A stretch of 64,000 bases of DNA from a virus (lineage: Duplodnaviria; Caudoviricetes), in IMG/VR virus record IMGVR_UViG_2854208954_000001, positions 15,498-79,497 of that record. One strand, 5' to 3'. Within the stretch, counting starts at the first letter, position 1; each line of letters begins with the position of its first letter. A program made the translations under genes and the position numbers. Shown piece after piece: positions 37,670 to 46,362 of this stretch. A model generated the notes under the pieces. That model saw only the letters and a list, made by a program, of their open reading frames with translations, did not search any database and was not told the origin of the DNA.

Positions 37670-38590
37670 ATGTCGGTAATGTCAGCCAATCCTGAATTAC
37701 AGGAGAAATTAAGGAACTTTATCGAAGAGTGCGGCTCACAAACCAAAGCCGCAAAAGCTCTCGGAAAGTCAGCAGCGACTTTGTCAACCTACTTGAACAA
37801 CCGTTATAACGGTAATTTAAGTGATTTTGAAAAGTTTTTAACAGAGACTTTTGAAACAAAAGCCGCTGCAGAAAATCTCAAATCAGCTCAGGTGCTTAAC
37901 AGCTACAAGCCTACAAGCATAAGCTCAGAGGTTTATGATACAATCCGCTTGTGTCATCTTAAGGGCGGTCTTGCAATTGAGTGTGGCGATGCAGGCATAG
38001 GAAAAACAATGGCTTGTAAAAAGTATGCAGAAGATTATCCGGCTACTGCGATTTATGTGTCTGTAAATCCTTGCTTGGTAACTTTGAGTGCCTTTTTAAA
38101 ACTGCTTTGCAGAACACAGAAAATCACCGCAACAGGTCGCAAAGATGAAATGTGGTTAAGACTTGCAGATAGCTTTGAAGGTGAACGCAAGGTACTCATC
38201 ATTGATGAGGCACAGCATCTGCCGATTAAAACCATTGAGGCTATCAGAGCTTTTTTTGATAGCAACCCACAGCTTGGTATTTGCCTTGTCGGAAACATTG
38301 AAACCGTTACAAATACCGGCAAAAGCAAAGAAGCGTTCGCTCAGATTCGTAACCGTACAAAACTTACCGAAGTAAGGCATACATCAGCAATTAAAAACAG
38401 CGACATTGAGCTGTTGTTTCCTGCCGTTAAGTCCGATGAACGAGCAGTAAGTTTTTTACTTGGCATTGCAAGGTCTGAACAGGGCATCAGAGGAGCAAGC
38501 AATGTTTTTGGAAATGCCGTTGACAACGGAAACATCACCTATGAAGGCTTAATCGCAATGGCAAAAGCTATGCGTATCAAGGTGTTTTAA
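37670..38590 (+). CDS. MuB-like AAA ATPase with N-terminal HTH
   Basis: GDAGIGKT Walker A, LIIDEAQHL Walker B; follows the transposase. Confidence 0.92.
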   Translation: MSVMSANPELQEKLRNFIEECGSQTKAAKALGKSAATLSTYLNNRYNGNLSDFEKFLTETFETKAAAENLKSAQVLNSYKPTSISSEVYDTIRLCHLKGGLAIECGDAGIGKTMACKKYAEDYPATAIYVSVNPCLVTLSAFLKLLCRTQKITATGRKDEMWLRLADSFEGERKVLIIDEAQHLPIKTIEAIRAFFDSNPQLGICLVGNIETVTNTGKSKEAFAQIRNRTKLTEVRHTSAIKNSDIELLFPAVKSDERAVSFLLGIARSEQGIRGASNVFGNAVDNGNITYEGLIAMAKAMRIKVF

Positions 38591-38612
38591 ATAATATTCG
38601 GAGGGATTTTAA

Positions 38613-38849
38613 ATGTCGTTAAGAAAAATCGTGTTACTGCTCGCCGCAGGGTTCAGCACGGGAGTAGTAATGACCGCCGCATTCGGTCAAATGGGTACAA
38701 GGAGCTTTACAGCAGGCGGAGAAATTTGCTTTGTGCCTATGGTGCTCCTGCTTGTATGGGTCGGTTGGATGATCCGTGGCGAAAGCCGAAAGGTAAAAAA
38801 GAGTAAAAGGAGGGGTAACAATGACCGCAGAAGAGTGGAAAAAGGTTGA
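38613..38849 (+). CDS. Small membrane hypothetical protein
   Basis: Two hydrophobic segments, basic tail, GGAGG SD. Confidence 0.6.
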   Translation: MSLRKIVLLLAAGFSTGVVMTAAFGQMGTRSFTAGGEICFVPMVLLLVWVGWMIRGESRKVKKSKRRGNNDRRRVEKG

Positions 38850-39207
38850 CGAAGCCCTTACATCTGTATGGAGTCCGTATGTACATCTCAAAATTGACGG
38901 ATATAAAGTATCTCTGAACCTCACTCAAAAATCACGATTTCAAAATGTTATTGCAGTTTATATCAACGATGAATTTCGTGGCAAGTGGCTTATGGAGGAC
39001 TGCGAAGAACGCAGGAGATTTTGTTGCTGTAAGAGACAGTCGGTAGTTACCGAAAAAGATTGCAAACTTTACGGAGCTCGTAGCAAGAAAGCTAAGCAGG
39101 AACTCAAAGAGAAGTTTGGCTATGATGTGTATTTACCATATTGGACAAACTTTGAGAAAATGAAAAAACATTTTATTGCTAATAACAAAAGCATTGAACT
39201 TTATTAA
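38821..39207 (+). CDS. Hypothetical Mu-like early protein
   Basis: GGAGG SD, coupled ORF. Confidence 0.7.
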   Translation: MTAEEWKKVDEALTSVWSPYVHLKIDGYKVSLNLTQKSRFQNVIAVYINDEFRGKWLMEDCEERRRFCCCKRQSVVTEKDCKLYGARSKKAKQELKEKFGYDVYLPYWTNFEKMKKHFIANNKSIELY

Positions 39208-39224
39208 ATTTCGGAGGGATAAAA

Positions 39225-39521
39225 ATGGAAGATTACACAGTTGAATTTGGAAATGAATTGAGTGGTGCGATAATAGATTCGTTTGCTAAAAAAGCCAAAA
39301 CCGCTGTTTGTGAAAAAAAGGTAGTAATAATTTCGGTTGAAAATTCTGACAAAACAACCGACTCTGTTGTAACAGGAAATGCTATCGATATTCTTGGAAA
39401 AATAGGGTCATTAACAATTGAAGTTATAAAAAAGCTCGAAAAAAATATGGGCAAAACTTTTGCAGATAGAACTTTAGAAGGCTTTATATGTGCAATAAAA
39501 GAGGTTAATGAGCGGAGATAA
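39225..39521 (+). CDS. Hypothetical protein
   Basis: GGAGG SD, in operon. Confidence 0.7.
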   Translation: MEDYTVEFGNELSGAIIDSFAKKAKTAVCEKKVVIISVENSDKTTDSVVTGNAIDILGKIGSLTIEVIKKLEKNMGKTFADRTLEGFICAIKEVNERR

Positions 39522-39529
39522 TCCGCTCA

Positions 39530-39588
39530 CCTTAATGCAACTTCCGCCAACGGGAACGGTCACAAGTCCGTATGAATGCAGAGTGAGG
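39530..39588 (+). ncRNA. Twister ribozyme, type P1
   Basis: P1 CCU/AGG, U^AA (cut 39533/39534), P2 UGCA/UGCA, T2 AC/GU, P3 hairpin, P4 ACGG/CCGU with L4 UCACAAGU, catalytic G39581-A39582, T1 CAC/GUG. Confidence 0.9.
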
Positions 39589-39622
39589 ACAACAATACAT
39601 ATTGAACAGGAGGTCAATTTAT

Positions 39623-39877
39623 ATGAAAACATCAAAGAAAATCTGTAAAAACGGCTCTATTACTCTGCCAAAGCAGATAAGAGGCGAAGCAGGATTGTTT
39701 CCGGGCAATGCTGTTGACATTGAAACAAGTACAGACGGCACTGTTACAATTAAACCGTCTGCTCCCTGTTGTCGCTTTTGCGGTACAGTTGAAAATGTAA
39801 TCATTGCAGATAATGTTATCATCTGCCGCAAATGTGCCGAAAAATTACTTGCAAAGGTGGATAAAACAAATGACTGA
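39623..39877 (+). CDS. AbrB/MazE/SpoVT-family regulator with C-terminal Zn ribbon
   Basis: KICKNGSITLPKQIR..G..V.I...VTIKP; CRFCG..CRKC. Confidence 0.85.
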   Translation: MKTSKKICKNGSITLPKQIRGEAGLFPGNAVDIETSTDGTVTIKPSAPCCRFCGTVENVIIADNVIICRKCAEKLLAKVDKTND

Positions 39878-40505
39878 TTTAAAAAAGCAGATTGATGAGC
39901 TTGCAGGCATTAAAGCAGATATGAGCAAACTCAAAGCACGCAAGGACAAGCTCGAAGCAGAGATTATTATGCAGTGCTCGGAAGACCTTGAAAACACCAA
40001 ATATAAAAGTGTCCATTACGCAGGCACAGAATCAGAGCTTACAGCGGTAACTTCGGAATCTCTCAAAATTACATACAACTCATTTTTGCTCTCAATTTTT
40101 GGCAAAGCATACAAAGATGCGGTTACGGAAAAGACAGAATATTCCCTCTCTGCTCCGGCAAAAAGAATGCTCATCGGTTTGTGGAAGGGCAATTTTGTAA
40201 GATGCACCGTCAAAGAAGTTATTGAACAGATGAACGGCGTGTCTGATGACGAACGCAAACAGCTTGTCAAAAAATGCAAGGGCATTAACTACGATAAGGA
40301 TGTAAACAACATTTTAAAGTTCACAAACCTTTCGGAGGACGATGCAAAAGAGTATGCCTACCTCATTTCAGAGGCGGCTGTATGGCAGGACTTCAAAAAC
40401 CTGCTGACCGTCAACTGTATGGACGAAAGTCATATTGACGATATCCTAATGAAGATACAGAGCAGTTTTGTTGTTGAGGACAGCACAAAGATATCTTTAA
40501 GCTGA
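39870..40505 (+). CDS. Hypothetical protein with N-terminal coiled coil (possibly Gam-like)
   Basis: Coiled-coil N-terminus; Mu semi-essential region position. Confidence 0.6.
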   Translation: MTDLKKQIDELAGIKADMSKLKARKDKLEAEIIMQCSEDLENTKYKSVHYAGTESELTAVTSESLKITYNSFLLSIFGKAYKDAVTEKTEYSLSAPAKRMLIGLWKGNFVRCTVKEVIEQMNGVSDDERKQLVKKCKGINYDKDVNNILKFTNLSEDDAKEYAYLISEAAVWQDFKNLLTVNCMDESHIDDILMKIQSSFVVEDSTKISLS

Positions 40506-40506
40506 G

Positions 40507-41019
40507 GTGATTGATTTGTTAAAGCCACAGCAGACACAAAGAATATACGCAATGGCGGCACGGCTCGGTGTGTTGGAATCGGGCAACAAAAACGATATGC
40601 TGCACACGATTGTTTATCGTCTTACTCAAAAGGAGAGCATACGCACTCTTGATGAAAACGAATACCGAACAGTTGTCGCAGAACTTGCCGAAAGGCTGAA
40701 ATTGCAGAGCCTCACAGAGCCGCCGAAACCGTATAAGAAGAAAAGATACGAGGACAGCGGCAGAGGAAAAATGTCAGACGGTCAGAAACGCAAAGTGTGG
40801 CAGTTGATGTACCAGCTTGAAAAATACGATACCGAGCCTACCACAGCTAAACTCGGCGACAGACTCTGCGGTATTATAAAGAAAGAGTTAAAAATTGACT
40901 GTACATCAAAGCAGCCTTTTAGGTGGCTGACATATAATCAGGGCATAACCTTGATTGAAAAACTTAAAAAGTACATTGACAGTGCTCAAAGGAGGAAGGC
41001 TGGTGAAAATAAATCTTGA
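40507..41019 (+). CDS. GemA/DUF1018 family regulatory protein
   Basis: IYAMAARLG..LH......ESIRTL..E; RLCGIIKK..FRWLT....LIEKLK. Confidence 0.8.
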   Translation: MIDLLKPQQTQRIYAMAARLGVLESGNKNDMLHTIVYRLTQKESIRTLDENEYRTVVAELAERLKLQSLTEPPKPYKKKRYEDSGRGKMSDGQKRKVWQLMYQLEKYDTEPTTAKLGDRLCGIIKKELKIDCTSKQPFRWLTYNQGITLIEKLKKYIDSAQRRKAGENKS

Positions 41020-41290
41020 TGATTTGGTAGGCACTCAAAGGGATATAGCGGAGATAATAGGAATTGAAAGCTATATTAAACTCTGTCAAACATTTGGTGG
41101 AGATACAATATATATCCAAAAATACAGCGAGTTACAAAAACTTGAACGCAATGCTGAAATCAAGGCGAAGTACAATGGATACAACAGCAGTCAGCTCGCA
41201 AGAGAGTATGATTTGTCTGAAAGGTATGTGAGAATCATATGCTCAAACGGTAATCTTGACGGTCAGTTAAGTATTTTTGATGATATATAA
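41003..41290 (+). CDS. Mor-family transcription activator
   Basis: IIG..LCQTFGGDTIYI; RNAEI..YNG.N..QLAREYDLSERYVR.I. Confidence 0.88.
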   Translation: MKINLDDLVGTQRDIAEIIGIESYIKLCQTFGGDTIYIQKYSELQKLERNAEIKAKYNGYNSSQLAREYDLSERYVRIICSNGNLDGQLSIFDDI

Positions 41291-41394
41291 CAATGAAGAA
41301 AAAATAGGATATTCTTCCTCTACGGGAGTACGGTTTTATAAGGTATTATTAAGTTACAGACTTAATGATACCTTATTTTTTTGGAGTAGTTTTT

Positions 41395-41736
41395 ATGAAC
41401 TTTGCGTCAGACACTTGGTGGCTCTTCGGTCTTATCATTTCGGGAGCTATTGCTATTATCAGTTTTTTTCTTAAAAGGACAATTAACGAAGCGGATAGAC
41501 ACGACAAGGAAATCAAAGAAATTCAGCTGTCATATGTTACGAAAGATGAATTAAAAGATATTAAAACCGATGTCAACAAATCTATCGGTAAGTTGCAAAC
41601 TGATGTTGAGCAAATAAAGGAAAACTGTTTGACCAAAAAAGATTACTACAACTCTATCAACGAAGTTAAGGACGAAATAAAGACACAAAACAAGCTCATT
41701 TTGGAGCTTTTAAGAGGAGGTAATAATAATGACTAA
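41395..41736 (+). CDS. Membrane-anchored coiled-coil protein
   Basis: N-terminal TM then coiled coil; first gene after Mor. Confidence 0.7.
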   Translation: MNFASDTWWLFGLIISGAIAIISFFLKRTINEADRHDKEIKEIQLSYVTKDELKDIKTDVNKSIGKLQTDVEQIKENCLTKKDYYNSINEVKDEIKTQNKLILELLRGGNNND

Positions 41737-42061
41737 CGATGCTGAGGCATATATGCAGAAAATCAAGGCAAGAAACTTTGTTCAGAACAACGGACAGATT
41801 TTGAGAACTATTAACATACTTCATGTGAATTATGAAAAACTGTCCGATGTTAAGTACGCAATCGGGAATGTTTCGGAGCATGACTTTTTGTCATCGGTTA
41901 ATTACCTCTTTTTGTCGGAATACATTTTGCTCCGTCATATCAAAACAAAAGAACCTGCCGACATCGCAGATGTTCCGTATGAAGAACTTGAGGCAAAACT
42001 CTCATCAAAGGGCATTAAGCTCCTCGAAGGTTCTGTTACCGATAACTCGATTGAGGTTTAG
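41729..42061 (+). CDS. Hypothetical Mu-like late protein (winged-helix-like)
   Basis: GGAGG SD; RNFVQNNGQILRTI..SVNYL..EYI..LSSKGIKLLEG. Confidence 0.65.
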   Translation: MTNDAEAYMQKIKARNFVQNNGQILRTINILHVNYEKLSDVKYAIGNVSEHDFLSSVNYLFLSEYILLRHIKTKEPADIADVPYEELEAKLSSKGIKLLEGSVTDNSIEV

Positions 42062-42063
42062 CT

Positions 42064-42618
42064 ATGGGCAGAAACAACCGCAGAGCTTGCGGAAAAATCG
42101 ACAAATTGCCTCCTGACCTCAAGGACACCGTAGATCAGATGCTTGTCAGCGGACAGACCTATCGTGAAATTGTGTCATACCTTGCTGATAACGGCGAACA
42201 GCTGTCACAGGCAGCAGTTAGCCGTTACGCATCAAGGTTTTTGGCGAACGCTCAGCAGTTACGAATCGCACAGGAAAATTTCAGAATGATACTCACCGAA
42301 ACCGAGCGTTATCCTGAAATTGACCCTGCAGAGGCTATTTTGAGAATGGCATCACAAAAGGTTTTTGATGCCATATCAAAACTTGACGAAGGACAATTCG
42401 ATAAAGTGTCTGCCGAAGACCTTTTAAGACAGGCTACTGCCCTTGCGAGAGCAGTAACATACAAGCGTAAGACCGACACGGATGTCAAGTCAGACAAGCG
42501 TCTTGCCCTCGAGGAAAATCAGAGCCTGCTTTATGACACTATCAAGAAAAGTAACCCACGGCTCTACAACGAGCTTATGGATGAAATCAACAAGCTCAAA
42601 GCAAAGGAGCAAGGATGA
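42064..42618 (+). CDS. DUF3486 / Mu gp27-like protein (small terminase candidate)
   Basis: RACGKIDKLPPDLK..L....TY.EI..L..S..AVSRY. Confidence 0.85.
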   Translation: MGRNNRRACGKIDKLPPDLKDTVDQMLVSGQTYREIVSYLADNGEQLSQAAVSRYASRFLANAQQLRIAQENFRMILTETERYPEIDPAEAILRMASQKVFDAISKLDEGQFDKVSAEDLLRQATALARAVTYKRKTDTDVKSDKRLALEENQSLLYDTIKKSNPRLYNELMDEINKLKAKEQG

Positions 42619-43124
42619 TGAACATCAAGTGGTATGTTTTGTATGTAAACACAGGACAAGAACATGCTGTTGCGGAACAGCTCCGACATCGTGGTTATGA
42701 TGCCATTGTGCCGATTGAAAACAAACTGATACGCTCAAAAGGCAAGTGGATAACCCAACCGCATATACTTTTTGACGGCTATGTTTTCGTTCGTATGGAT
42801 TACGAGTGGTCAAAATATTATGTGTTTAAGGGCATTCCGAACATTATTAGATTGCTCGGAGGTGGAACAAGCCCTATCCCTCTTACGGACACAGAATCAG
42901 AGTTTATTTTGACTTTGAGCGAACTTTTGAAAACTCCCTCGGTGCTTAAATTCACTGATGACGGTTACGAAACAGTCAGCGGATTTTTGGCTGAGAATAA
43001 AGATAAAATTGTGAAAGTACAGAAACGATACAAGAAAGCAACGGTCAAAATTACCCTTGCAAGTGAGCCGACTGAGCTTACAGTATCGTTTACCGAACAA
43101 ATGCCCGAACAGACGGCGGATTGA
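42615..43124 (+). CDS. NusG-paralogue transcription antiterminator
   Basis: NGN domain WYVLYVNTGQE, LFDGYVFV, IPNIIRLLG; KOW-like C-terminus. Confidence 0.85.
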   Translation: MMNIKWYVLYVNTGQEHAVAEQLRHRGYDAIVPIENKLIRSKGKWITQPHILFDGYVFVRMDYEWSKYYVFKGIPNIIRLLGGGTSPIPLTDTESEFILTLSELLKTPSVLKFTDDGYETVSGFLAENKDKIVKVQKRYKKATVKITLASEPTELTVSFTEQMPEQTAD

Positions 43125-43209
43125 TTCGTCTCCACCCGATGCAACGGCTGACATACGGCGAAGTCACCGATAACCTCAGGTTAGCGGATGGCGAAGCTAT
43201 ACCCAAGTT

Positions 43210-43302
43210 AAAAACAGCGGTTTGTTCGTTCATGGATAATCCCTCCGGTAATTAGTTCATATGGCTGACATTAAAATTAACACCACAAACCGCTGTTTTT
43301 TA
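43210..43302 (+). terminator. Terminator-like structure with 16-bp stem and large loop
   Basis: AAAAACAGCGGTTTGT (43210-43225) / ACAAACCGCTGTTTTT (43285-43300). Confidence 0.6.
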
Positions 43303-43320
43303 TATACATTAAAATGCTTT

Positions 43321-43350
43321 TAAACACCTTTTAACGGGTGTTTATTTTTA
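43321..43350 (+). terminator. Second terminator-like hairpin before packaging genes
   Basis: TAAACACC-TTTTAACG-GGTGTTTA + TTTTT. Confidence 0.65.
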
Positions 43351-43374
43351 TGCAAAAAAGAAAGAAGGTGCAAA

Positions 43375-43710
43375 ATGAATAAGCTGTCAAAACTTGAACA
43401 ACTGCTCAAAGAAACAAACACGAAGCAGGAATTTAATATTGTTGAAGATTTAAAGTCACTTGCTCTGTCCTATGGAGTTGTTAAGTCAAGAGAGTTCAGA
43501 AAAAAATTAAATGCTCTTATTACGAAATATGAAAACGACGAACTAACGGCAATTCGGCAGGCACTTATAAATAAATGTCGAAACGGCGACACACAGGCTA
43601 TCAAACTGTATGCCGACTATTTTAAACCGGAAACAGTAACAACCATTGATGACGGATTGATTGAGGCACTTGAAGGGGCAGGCGAGGAGGCTTTTAAGGA
43701 TGAAGTTTAA
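43375..43710 (+). CDS. Putative small terminase subunit (phBC6A51-like HTH)
   Basis: RQALINKCRNGDTQAIKLY motif; directly upstream of TerL. Confidence 0.65.
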   Translation: MNKLSKLEQLLKETNTKQEFNIVEDLKSLALSYGVVKSREFRKKLNALITKYENDELTAIRQALINKCRNGDTQAIKLYADYFKPETVTTIDDGLIEALEGAGEEAFKDEV

Positions 43711-44947
43711 GCCTTTTTCGAGAAAACAGCTAAAAGTACTTAGCTGGTGGAAAGTTGACGGGATAAAGGATAAATATGATGCGATAATTGCAGACGGATC
43801 AGTTCGTTCGGGAAAAACCGTAAGCATGAGTATATCTTTTATCTTTTGGGCAATGGCAACATTCGCTGACTGTAACTTTGCTATTTGCGGTAAAACCGTA
43901 GGCTCTTGCAGACGAAATGTTATTAAGCCTCTTATCAATATGCTCAAACATCGCTATGACATAAAGGATAAACGGTCGGAAAACTTGCTGATAATCAGCA
44001 AAGACGGCAAATCTAATACATTTTACATTTTTGGCGGTAAAGATGAAAGCTCACAGGACTTGATTCAGGGTGTTACGCTTGCAGGTGTCCTCTTCGATGA
44101 GGTTGCTCTGATGCCAAGGTCATTTGTTGAGCAGGCTCTTGCCCGTTGCTCGGTTGAGGGTGCAAGGTTTTGGTTCAATTGCAACCCCGATAACCCTAAC
44201 CATTGGTTTTATCGTGAGTGGGTTTTAAAGGCTTCTGAAAAGCACGCTTTAAGGCTCAAGTTTTTAATGGACGATAACCTATCATTATCCGATAAGGTGA
44301 AACAGCGGTATTACAGCCTTTATCAAGGCACTTTTTACCGCCGCTTTATTCTTGGTGAGTGGGTTATTGCAGAAGGTCTTGTTTATCAGGATTACAACGA
44401 CCACATCAAGGAAAAGTTGTGGGACGGCAACCCTGATGAGCTTGTCGGACTATGGTACATATCAATGGACTACGGTACTATTAACCCTTGCTCTATGGGA
44501 CTGTGGTGCGTAACTGACAACGAGGCAATCCGTGTTGATGAATACTACTACAACAGCCGAAAAGAGGGTTATCAGCGAACTGACGAAGAGCATTATGCGG
44601 AACTCGAAAAACTTGCAGGTGACCGCTATATAGAGCGTGTGATAATTGACCCGTCCGCCGCCAGTTTTAAAGCTACGATCAAAAGACACGGCAAGTTTTT
44701 TGTTAAGTCAGCGAAAAATGATGTCATAAACGGTATCCGAACTACAAGCCAAATGCTGACCGACGGCAGAATTAAAATCGGCGTTAAGTGCAAGGCATCA
44801 CAAGAGGAGTTCGGAATGTACCGCTGGGACGATAAAGCTGAGGTTGACAAAGTAGTTAAGGAAAATGACCACGCAATGGACGATATACGCTATTTTGCTT
44901 ATACAGTCCTAAAGCGTGAATTTAAATACAAGGAGGTGAGCAGTTGA
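43700..44947 (+). CDS. terL: Terminase large subunit, PBSX family
   Basis: ADGSVRSGKT, LFDEVALMP, SMDYGTINP, KENDHAMDDIRY. Confidence 0.95.
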   Translation: MKFKPFSRKQLKVLSWWKVDGIKDKYDAIIADGSVRSGKTVSMSISFIFWAMATFADCNFAICGKTVGSCRRNVIKPLINMLKHRYDIKDKRSENLLIISKDGKSNTFYIFGGKDESSQDLIQGVTLAGVLFDEVALMPRSFVEQALARCSVEGARFWFNCNPDNPNHWFYREWVLKASEKHALRLKFLMDDNLSLSDKVKQRYYSLYQGTFYRRFILGEWVIAEGLVYQDYNDHIKEKLWDGNPDELVGLWYISMDYGTINPCSMGLWCVTDNEAIRVDEYYYNSRKEGYQRTDEEHYAELEKLAGDRYIERVIIDPSAASFKATIKRHGKFFVKSAKNDVINGIRTTSQMLTDGRIKIGVKCKASQEEFGMYRWDDKAEVDKVVKENDHAMDDIRYFAYTVLKREFKYKEVSS

Positions 44948-46362
44948 AAAGGCGTGCTAAATATGTGTTTTTAAGTTGGTTAAGGAGTATTGTAAACAAA
45001 CTTGACCCCGAAAACGCTACGAGTAATTATCAATTTGATAATATGGAAGAGGCTATGGAAGTATGGCTTGAAATATATGCCGATGAGCCGTCTTGGAGCA
45101 AAGATTGCCACAACAAGACACTTAACCTCGGTGCAACGATAGCGTCCGAATTTGCACGGTTAATTATGATTGAATTTGAGAGCGAAATAACGGGTTCAGA
45201 GCGTGCGGATTATTTACAAGAACAGTATGAAAGATTGCTTGAACAGCTCAGAGTAAGGCTTGAGGCAGGTTGTGCGGTCGGCGGCATAATGTTTAAACCG
45301 TATGTTCGTAATGGTGTAATCCTCCCCGATTGCATCACGCAGGACAAGTTTATCCCTCTTAATTACAGCAACGGCATAATAACCGCTGCCGTGTTTTTTA
45401 ATCAAGAGGTCAAAGGCAAGAACTATTACACAAGAGTTGAAAAGCAGACTTACAGCTACGAAAACAAATCACACACAATCGAAAGTCACTTTTTTGTTTC
45501 ATCCAGTCCCGACAACATCGGGGCGGAAATAAATCCTGAAAGTCTTGACAGCGATATGTGGTCGAGAATTGACCCATACATAGTTATCAATGATGTTGAC
45601 CGTCCTTTATTTGCTTTTTGGTCTGTACCTTTTGCTAATAACATCGAAAGTGGCAGTCCCTTAGGTGTGTCTGTTTACAGCCGAGCAATTAAGCTGCTTA
45701 ATGAGGCTGACTTGCAGTGGGACAGATATTTGTGGGAGTTTGAAGGCGGCGAGCTTGCAGTTGATGCCGGCGAAGAAGTTCTTCGACAGCGACCGGGCGA
45801 AGATACGCTCGGAACACCGTCAACCCGTGATAGATTGTTTCGCAAATTTAACATTGATGCAGACGATAACAAAGATAAGTCTTTTTATGAAGTTTTTAAC
45901 CCGACTTTGCGTGATGATAACTACTCAAATGGACTAAACGAAATAAAAAGACAGATTGAGTTTAACTGCTCCCTTGCTTACGGCACATTGTCAAACCCAC
46001 AAAATGTAGATAAGACAGCGGAAGAAATCAAAGCATCAAAACAGCGTAGCTATACAGCTGTGTCTGATATGCAGCACTCGCTTGAGGCTGTACTTGAGGA
46101 CTACATATATGCGTGCAATGCTATGGCTGATGCCTGTAATCTTGCTCCAAGCGGAGAGTACGAAGTTAGCTTTAATTGGGGCGATGGCGTGCTTGAAGAT
46201 AAGGACAAAGAGCAGGCTATACAGCTCAATGAGGTCAACAGCGGTATCCGCAAAAAGACCGACTACCTCAAATGGCGGTATGGAGTTGATGATAAACAGG
46301 CGGCAGAAATGTTACCCGAAAGCGGTGTACAAAGTTTTTTTGATGAAGGCGGTGGCACTTAA
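44944..46362 (+). CDS. Portal protein, SPP1/A118 type
   Basis: SPLGVSVYSRA, IEFNCSLAYGTL, VSFNWGDGV; position after TerL. Confidence 0.9.
   Translation: MKRRAKYVFLSWLRSIVNKLDPENATSNYQFDNMEEAMEVWLEIYADEPSWSKDCHNKTLNLGATIASEFARLIMIEFESEITGSERADYLQEQYERLLEQLRVRLEAGCAVGGIMFKPYVRNGVILPDCITQDKFIPLNYSNGIITAAVFFNQEVKGKNYYTRVEKQTYSYENKSHTIESHFFVSSSPDNIGAEINPESLDSDMWSRIDPYIVINDVDRPLFAFWSVPFANNIESGSPLGVSVYSRAIKLLNEADLQWDRYLWEFEGGELAVDAGEEVLRQRPGEDTLGTPSTRDRLFRKFNIDADDNKDKSFYEVFNPTLRDDNYSNGLNEIKRQIEFNCSLAYGTLSNPQNVDKTAEEIKASKQRSYTAVSDMQHSLEAVLEDYIYACNAMADACNLAPSGEYEVSFNWGDGVLEDKDKEQAIQLNEVNSGIRKKTDYLKWRYGVDDKQAAEMLPESGVQSFFDEGGGT

Noticed and set aside
43125-43320. Third self-cleaving ribozyme or known riboswitch after nusG
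   Set aside because: No hammerhead, twister, pistol, HDV or c-di-GMP core could be fitted; kept only as an antitermination-type leader.
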